A stretch of DNA of 20,807 bases. It comes from Campylobacterota bacterium (GTDB lineage: Bacteria > Campylobacterota > Campylobacteria > Campylobacterales > Sulfurimonadaceae). The notes beneath the pieces are model-generated. The model had not been told where the DNA came from. It made no database searches and saw only the letters and a list, made by a program, of their open reading frames with translations. The stretch's first letter is position 1, and every line of letters begins with the position of its first letter. Below, in pieces: positions 15,086-20,807 of this stretch. The translations under genes and the position numbers were made by a program. The stretch covers positions 1-20,807 of the forward strand of contig JAYEMF010000032.1 of the NCBI GenBank assembly GCA_034717975.1, in the 5' to 3' direction.

Positions 15086-17038
15086 ATGGCACTCATCGAT
15101 CTTTTAGACATCTACAAACACTATGAAGCACAAAAGATTCTTGAAGGTGTCAATTTTCATATTGATGAAGGGGAGCGCGTCGTCATCGTCGGTAAGAACG
15201 GCAGCGGCAAGTCGACACTGATGAAGATCATCGACGGAACCCTTGAGTTTGATGAGGGAAATCGTATCACCAAACAGAATCTTCAGATCAAGATGCTGGC
15301 ACAGCGTCCAGAGTTTGAGCCGGGGCATTCGGTTCGTGAAGCGGTTGAAGCAGGTCTGAACGAACTTAAGAGCGCCAAAGTACGTTTTGATCTCCTCTCC
15401 ATCCAACTGGCTGAAGATTTTGAGAACCAGCTTCTGCTTAAAGAGCATGCTGAACTCAGTCACTATCTCGATCATCACAACGCCTGGAATCTCGACGATA
15501 AGATCGAACGTGTTCTGCAAAACTTCCAGCTCAAACAGCATGAGAGCAAAAACATTGACCTGCTAAGCGGTGGAGAACAGCGCCGTGTCGCCCTCGCCTC
15601 ACTGCTCCTGCAAAAACCTGACATCCTCCTGCTGGATGAACCTACCAACCACCTTGACGTCTACATGGTAGAGTTTCTTGAAGAGCTGCTGCTGCGTGAA
15701 AAGTTCACCCTGGTCTTTATCTCGCATGACCGTTACTTCATCGACCGTATCGCCACCAAAACCGTTGAAGTCGAAGATAGCAAACTGCGAAGTTTCGGCG
15801 GCGGCTACTCCAACTACCTCGTTCAGAAACAGGAGCTCCTCCGTACTATGCAAAAACAGCACGACAATCTGCTTCGACTTCTCAAAAGTGAAAACGAGTG
15901 GTACTCCCGCGGTGTTCGTGCACGTCTGAAACGTAATGAGGGGCGGAAAGCGAGATTGATGGATCTACGCGATGAGGCTAAAACAAACCCCGCCAGAATC
16001 CGGAAGATGAAAGTGGAACTGCAACGCGAAGCAAAGCATTTCAACCGTGATAAAAGCGTCAACAAGCAGAAGATGCTCTTTGAGATCGATAACCTCGATA
16101 TCACGCTCGGTGACAAAAATCTGGTGCATAATTTTACGAGCCGAATCCTCCAAAAAGATGTCATCGCCATTGTCGGGCCAAACGGCAGTGGTAAATCAAC
16201 CCTTCTCAAAGCCCTGCTGGGACGCCTAAAACCAACCAGCGGCAAGATCGAACGGGGTGAGTTCAAGATCGGCTACTTCGACCAGCACAGAGAGATGCTC
16301 GATGACTCTAAAAACCTGATCGAAACTTTCTGTCCGCATGGCGGTGACCGTGTCGATGTCCATGGGAAAAATCTGCACGTTTACGGCTACCTTAAAAACT
16401 TTCTCTTCCCCCGCGAGTTTCTCGATAAAAAGATCGGTATTTTAAGCGGTGGAGAAAAGAACCGTGTCGCCCTTGCTCTGCTCTTTACCAAAGAAGTCGA
16501 TATTATGATCCTCGATGAGCCGACAAACGACCTGGATATCCCGACCATCAACATTCTCGAAGAGCAGCTACAAAACTTTCCCGGAGCTGTCATCATTGTC
16601 AGCCATGACCGCTATTTTGTCGACAAGATCGCCAAGAAACTCTTTATCTTCCAGGGTAACGGCGTGGTCGAGGAGCGCTTTCAGCAGTACTCCGAGTACC
16701 TGGAGATGGAAAAAGAGTTCCGCGAGATGGATGAGATGGCTCATGCAACCGACAAGCCTGTCGAAAAGCCGAAGCAGGTCGAAAAGAGCAAACCGATCAA
16801 ACTCACCTACAAAGAGAAGATGGCACTCGAATCTCTGCCCGAAGAGATTGAAGCTATTGAAGAGCAGATCGAAGCGATGAACAGCTGTCTGGCCGATCCT
16901 GAATGTTACGGGGAAAAGGGAATCCAGACCCTGGCCAAAGAGCTTGAAGCGCTTGAAGCCAGCTATGAAGCGACGGTTGAAGAACTGCTCACCATCGAAG
17001 AGAAAGTTGAAGCCATCGAAGCGCAGAAAAACGGATAA
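15086..17038 (+). CDS. uup: ABC-F family ATPase, Uup-type
   Basis: Two ABC domains (GKNGSGKST / GPNGSGKST, LSGGE x2, DEPTN x2), no TM segments, Uup-like linker WYSRGVRARLKRNEGRKAR, and a C-terminal coiled coil starting KLTYKE. Confidence 0.9.
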   Translation: MALIDLLDIYKHYEAQKILEGVNFHIDEGERVVIVGKNGSGKSTLMKIIDGTLEFDEGNRITKQNLQIKMLAQRPEFEPGHSVREAVEAGLNELKSAKVRFDLLSIQLAEDFENQLLLKEHAELSHYLDHHNAWNLDDKIERVLQNFQLKQHESKNIDLLSGGEQRRVALASLLLQKPDILLLDEPTNHLDVYMVEFLEELLLREKFTLVFISHDRYFIDRIATKTVEVEDSKLRSFGGGYSNYLVQKQELLRTMQKQHDNLLRLLKSENEWYSRGVRARLKRNEGRKARLMDLRDEAKTNPARIRKMKVELQREAKHFNRDKSVNKQKMLFEIDNLDITLGDKNLVHNFTSRILQKDVIAIVGPNGSGKSTLLKALLGRLKPTSGKIERGEFKIGYFDQHREMLDDSKNLIETFCPHGGDRVDVHGKNLHVYGYLKNFLFPREFLDKKIGILSGGEKNRVALALLFTKEVDIMILDEPTNDLDIPTINILEEQLQNFPGAVIIVSHDRYFVDKIAKKLFIFQGNGVVEERFQQYSEYLEMEKEFREMDEMAHATDKPVEKPKQVEKSKPIKLTYKEKMALESLPEEIEAIEEQIEAMNSCLADPECYGEKGIQTLAKELEALEASYEATVEELLTIEEKVEAIEAQKNG

Positions 17039-17042
17039 CCGC

Positions 17043-17687
17043 TTGAAGTGCAAAATCTGCCGACAGCCAACAGACTCTTTTTATGATCCCCGTATGGAGT
17101 GTGATACCTACCACTGTGAGAACTGCCGCTTTATCTTTAAAGCTGAGCAGGCCTATGTCTCATCCGAGCAGGAGCTCAAACAGTACAACCACCATAACAA
17201 CAGTTTTGAGAGTCCAGGTTATGTCGAGATGTTTCAAGCCTTTATCGACCGCTGTATCACACCATACAGAGCCGATATCGAAACCGTTCTTGAATTCGGG
17301 TCCGGACCGGGACCGGTACTCTCCAAACTCTTATCGAATGAGGGGTACAGTGTTGAGTGCTATGACAAATACTTTTCACCAGAGCCGGTCTATGAAGGGA
17401 AACAGTACGATCTCATTACGGCCACAGAGGTGATCGAACATATCGATGATCCGCTGAAGATTATGCACTTTTTTTACGATCATCTCAAGCCCGGCGGCTA
17501 TCTGGCACTGATGACACAGTTTCATTCTGACAGCCCTGAGAAGTATCTCAAGTGGTGGTACCGCGGCGACCCGACGCATATCTGTTTCTTCCGGCCGGAA
17601 ACGTTTACGGTGATCGGTGAAAAAACCGGCTTTACCCTGCTCGATGCCGATGACAAAAAACTACTGCTGCTGCAAGTTACAAAATAG
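17043..17687 (+). CDS. Class I SAM-dependent methyltransferase with N-terminal Zn-ribbon
   Basis: CKIC...CENC, LEFGSGPG motif I, YDLITATEVIEH, LKPGG and WWYRGDPTHI.FF. Start re-assigned to the TTG at 17043, since the track's 16944 start overlaps uup by 95 nt. Confidence 0.88.
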   Translation: MKCKICRQPTDSFYDPRMECDTYHCENCRFIFKAEQAYVSSEQELKQYNHHNNSFESPGYVEMFQAFIDRCITPYRADIETVLEFGSGPGPVLSKLLSNEGYSVECYDKYFSPEPVYEGKQYDLITATEVIEHIDDPLKIMHFFYDHLKPGGYLALMTQFHSDSPEKYLKWWYRGDPTHICFFRPETFTVIGEKTGFTLLDADDKKLLLLQVTK

Positions 17688-17716
17688 ACCGATTTCATAA
17701 TATTTTCGATACTATT

Positions 17717-17725
17717 TGCTATAAT
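17717..17725 (+). promoter_or_regulatory. Extended -10 promoter TGCTATAAT
   Basis: Perfect TGnTATAAT 34 nt upstream of the ATG at 17760, followed by a GGAGGAG RBS. Confidence 0.75.
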
Positions 17726-17759
17726 CCGTCAAAAAGTTAATATTTAGGGAGGAGTTGTC

Positions 17760-18149
17760 ATGGATGATACAATAAATTCCTCTCAGAGGGATATCACCCT
17801 TCTCTACAGTGAAGCCTCTCTCTACTCACGCATCAAAGTAGCACAAGCCCATGTCAAGTTGGATAACGCTGAGATGAAAGAGATCATTGACCAGTATATC
17901 AATGACACTCCTGTAATGTTCAAGCAGCTGAACACGGCATGGATAAAAAGCGACTATGAAAATATCATCCTCTATGCCCACTCTATAGTAGGCGTGGCCC
18001 GCATTTTAAAGCTTGACGAAGTTAGCGAGTACGCCAAAGCTCTTGAAGATAAGGCAAAAGAACGTAAACGCTCTGAGAAAAAAGTATTAAAGCTTCTAAA
18101 CGACCACCATCACGCAAGTCTCAAGACCCTTTGTCAACTTTTTAGCTAA
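17760..18149 (+). CDS. Stand-alone Hpt (histidine phosphotransfer) domain protein
   Basis: Helical pattern EIIDQYI.D....F.QL..A....DYE.I..YAHSIVGVA..L.L.EV...A..LE matches the Hpt consensus, with His74 at the phosphoacceptor position. Strong promoter and RBS. Confidence 0.75.
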   Translation: MDDTINSSQRDITLLYSEASLYSRIKVAQAHVKLDNAEMKEIIDQYINDTPVMFKQLNTAWIKSDYENIILYAHSIVGVARILKLDEVSEYAKALEDKAKERKRSEKKVLKLLNDHHHASLKTLCQLFS

Positions 18150-18155
18150 AAATCC

Positions 18156-20678
18156 ATGCAAAACCTCCCTGTCCAACAGGTCATACCCCAAATCATCACC
18201 ACCCTGACCCAGCATAACCGACTTGTATTGCAAGCTCCTCCGGGTGCGGGTAAGACGACTGTAGTCCCCATCGCCCTGCTGAATGAGCCATGGCTGGAGG
18301 GCAGACAGATCATCATGCTCGAACCGCGCCGTCTGGCAGCGAGAAATGCTGCTTCACGTATGGCGGAACTGTTGGGAGAAAAGGTCGGCGAGAGGGTCGG
18401 TTACCAGATACGCGCTGAGCGCTGCATTAGTAAAAAGACGAAGATCGTCGTCGTGACCGAAGGTATATTGACCCGCATGCTTCAGGGCGATCCAGCCTTG
18501 GAGAACGCAGCACTGCTGATCTTTGACGAGTTTCACGAACGTAACCTCCACGGCGACCTCGCCCTCGCTCTTGCCCTCCAGTCACAAGAACTCCTGCGCG
18601 ATGATATCAAGATCATGGTGATGTCCGCGACGCTCAATACTGAAGCGATCTCCATTCTGCTGGAGAGTGCACCGATCGTTACCAGTGAAGGACGCAGCTT
18701 TCCCGTAGAGAATATCTACCTAGACAGTAAAACAGCCCACCCTTCACCGATGCAATTAAGCAGGATTATTACCAAAACCGTCGTCGACGTAGTGCGCAAC
18801 GAAAGCGGCAGTATTCTGATCTTCCTGCCCGGAGTCAGAGAGATCAAAAACGTCGAAGCTAAACTGCGTGAGACGCTCAAAAGTGAGGAGATTACCATTG
18901 CCCCACTCTACGGCGTTATGAGCAAGCAGGCGCAGGACGCCGCCATCGCTCCGTGCAAAGAGGGCAGACGCAAAATCGTTCTTGCCACCAATATCGCCGA
19001 GACAAGCCTTACCATTGAGGGGATCACCGTCGTCATCGACTCCGGCTTGCAGCGTGTCTCCACTTTCAACAGCGGTTCAGGGATGAACCGCCTGCATACC
19101 GTAACGATCTCTCAGGACTCCGCCACACAACGCAGCGGCCGTGCGGGGCGTCTGAGTGCGGGCAGATGCTACCGCCTCTGGCATGAACACCGCCAGCTGG
19201 CCCAGCATATGACACCGGAGATATTGACTAGCGACCTGACCCCCGTGATGCTTGAACTCGCCAACTGGGGCATCGACGAGGTGGACGAACTGCGGTGGCT
19301 CGACCTCCCCGCTCCTTCCGCCGTAGAGCATGCCCGCCGCCTGCTGAGCGAACTTGGGGCATTAGAGGGCACACAGATCACCCAACACGGTAAAACTATG
19401 CTCTCGATGGGCACGCACCCCCGTCTGGCACATATGATACTCAAAGCTGCCGAAATGGGCCATGGTGAAACGGCATGCCTTATCGCTGCGCTGCTGAGTG
19501 AGAAAGATATCTTTACGGGCAGTGCCAAACATTCTGCCGATCTTTCACAGCGCGTGACGGCATTACGGGAGCGACTCTCGGGCAGCCATATCGACAAAGG
19601 AGCGTGCAGCCGCGTTTTAACCACCGCTTCGGAGTTCCGAAAAAAACTCAAAAAGAGTCGCTCGCTGCAAACAGTCACCGTCGATACCCTCGGCGTGCTG
19701 CTTGGCTTCGCCTACCCTGACCGCATCGCCAAATGCCGCAACGTTAGACATGGGAGATACCTGCTTAGCGGCGGAAAGGGTGCCGTGCTGAACACGGATG
19801 ATGAACTTTTCGGCGAACCTTTCCTTGTCATCGCCAACCTCGATGCCGCCCAGACCGACGCACGCATCTTCAGCGCGGTGACGATCAGCGAAGCAGTGAT
19901 TGAAGGGCATTTCGGCGAACTCATCGTCAAGGAGCGCCTGACTAAGTGGAACGACCGGGCCGAACGGGTCGAGGCAAGAGAGGTGACGAAGCTCGGTGCG
20001 ATAACCCTCGACGAACGAGCCGTGCAAAACGTGAACGATGCCGACATCGCTGCCGCCCTGCTTGGGGCCATCAAAGAGAAGGGGTTGGATACTTTGGCGT
20101 GGTCGAAAGAGGCGCTTGCCCTGCGGCAGCGGGTCAACTTCCTGAACTACTGGAAAGAGAAAGATATTAATGCGGCAAAGATCATCGGTGAACTGAATGA
20201 TCTCAGCGACGCATGGCTGCTCGATCATCTCGACATATGGCTGCTGCCGCACCTGAAAGATGTCAAAAACTTCAGGGCATGTCGCAGGCTTGATACCTTC
20301 CCGATGCTTCTGGGCATGCTTTCATGGGATCAGCAGCAACGCATCGGCATGCTTGCACCCGCCAGACTGGAAGTGCCGAGCGGTTCGAAGATATTCCTCA
20401 ATTATGAGAATCCCGCTTCGCCTGTTCTGGCGGTACGATTGCAGGAGCTGTTCGGTATGCTCGACACCCCGCTGCTTATCAACGGAATCGTGACAATGAC
20501 CGTTGAGCTCCTCTCCCCGGCACATCGCCCGATGCAGGTCACCAAAGATCTGCGAAGCTTTTGGGAGAACACCTACCACGACGTCAAAAAAGAGCTGCGG
20601 GGCAAGTACAAAAAACACTACTGGCCCGACGATCCCTTTACTGCACAGGCTACAAATAAAACCAAAAAAAACATGTAA
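18156..20678 (+). CDS. hrpB: ATP-dependent RNA helicase HrpB
   Basis: QAPPGAGKTT, LEPRRLAAR, DEFHER, MSATL, LATNIAETSLTIEG and QRSGRAGR motifs, plus the HrpB C-terminal LAVRLQELFG...ELLSPA.RP.QVT.DL.SFW...RGKYKKHYWP. Confidence 0.97.
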   Translation: MQNLPVQQVIPQIITTLTQHNRLVLQAPPGAGKTTVVPIALLNEPWLEGRQIIMLEPRRLAARNAASRMAELLGEKVGERVGYQIRAERCISKKTKIVVVTEGILTRMLQGDPALENAALLIFDEFHERNLHGDLALALALQSQELLRDDIKIMVMSATLNTEAISILLESAPIVTSEGRSFPVENIYLDSKTAHPSPMQLSRIITKTVVDVVRNESGSILIFLPGVREIKNVEAKLRETLKSEEITIAPLYGVMSKQAQDAAIAPCKEGRRKIVLATNIAETSLTIEGITVVIDSGLQRVSTFNSGSGMNRLHTVTISQDSATQRSGRAGRLSAGRCYRLWHEHRQLAQHMTPEILTSDLTPVMLELANWGIDEVDELRWLDLPAPSAVEHARRLLSELGALEGTQITQHGKTMLSMGTHPRLAHMILKAAEMGHGETACLIAALLSEKDIFTGSAKHSADLSQRVTALRERLSGSHIDKGACSRVLTTASEFRKKLKKSRSLQTVTVDTLGVLLGFAYPDRIAKCRNVRHGRYLLSGGKGAVLNTDDELFGEPFLVIANLDAAQTDARIFSAVTISEAVIEGHFGELIVKERLTKWNDRAERVEAREVTKLGAITLDERAVQNVNDADIAAALLGAIKEKGLDTLAWSKEALALRQRVNFLNYWKEKDINAAKIIGELNDLSDAWLLDHLDIWLLPHLKDVKNFRACRRLDTFPMLLGMLSWDQQQRIGMLAPARLEVPSGSKIFLNYENPASPVLAVRLQELFGMLDTPLLINGIVTMTVELLSPAHRPMQVTKDLRSFWENTYHDVKKELRGKYKKHYWPDDPFTAQATNKTKKNM

Positions 20679-20685
20679 AGATTTA

Positions 20686-20807
20686 GGGCACCTCTAAAAA
20701 CCCTGGATATCATCAGCGTTACATACATTTTCGTGATCAAGGCAGGTTCTTGTCAGCGTAGCAGGGCTACGGTGGCAAGGTTCTAACGCAGACTCACGGA
20801 CATGTAT
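20686..20807. mobile_element. Left part of a MITE-like/IS-end element (truncated by the window edge)
   Basis: Begins GGGCACCTCTAAAAACCC after TA, 7 nt past the hrpB stop. Nested stems: 20723-36/20794-807 (12/14), CTTGTCA/TGGCAAG, and CGTAGC-agg-GCTACG. The partner terminal repeat is not visible. Confidence 0.55.

Noticed and set aside
15086..17038. ABC-F as an antibiotic-resistance (ARE) factor
   Set aside because: The linker and C-terminal domain match housekeeping Uup, and the context is core genome.
89..20697. The many short ORFs in the track that overlap long genes (e.g. 1758-2147, 4125-4625, 10384-10893, 16568-17053, 19617-20252)
   Set aside because: They are antisense or alternate-frame shadows of well-supported genes, with no recognisable motifs or RBS.
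1..20807. CRISPR array, tRNA/rRNA, integrase, transposase or reverse transcriptase
   Set aside because: No regularly spaced repeats, cloverleaf or corresponding protein motifs were seen by eye. A cmscan/HMM run would be needed to exclude them fully.

Overview
Bacterial chromosomal window. Gene content and order point to Campylobacterota, probably a Sulfurimonas/Sulfuricurvum-like organism (inference). The left end (1-1475, minus strand, visibly AT-richer) is the 5' part of a type 1 BREX phage-defence operon: brxA, brxB and the N-terminus of brxC, which is cut by the window edge and missing from the ORF track. The rest is mostly core genome: an orphan AcrB-family RND transporter; rsmH plus an FtsL-like bitopic protein; a degenerate class II aldolase; ppiD-ftsA-ftsZ followed by a small J-domain gene; an M48 peptidase-prmC-DUF4149 operon; two small membrane proteins; an Uup-type ABC-F ATPase; a Zn-ribbon SAM methyltransferase; an orphan Hpt protein; and hrpB. 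No tRNA, rRNA, CRISPR array, integrase or transposase is visible. I cannot demonstrate a wholly new multi-gene system. The best leads are non-coding: a hairpin carrying three anti-SD/GGA motifs (candidate sRNA, 14478-14528), three structured intergenic elements sharing a GCGNAGC mini-hairpin (one flanked by heptamer repeats, one MITE-like at the right edge), and a cUNCGg hairpin joining the ftsZ stop to the J-domain start.
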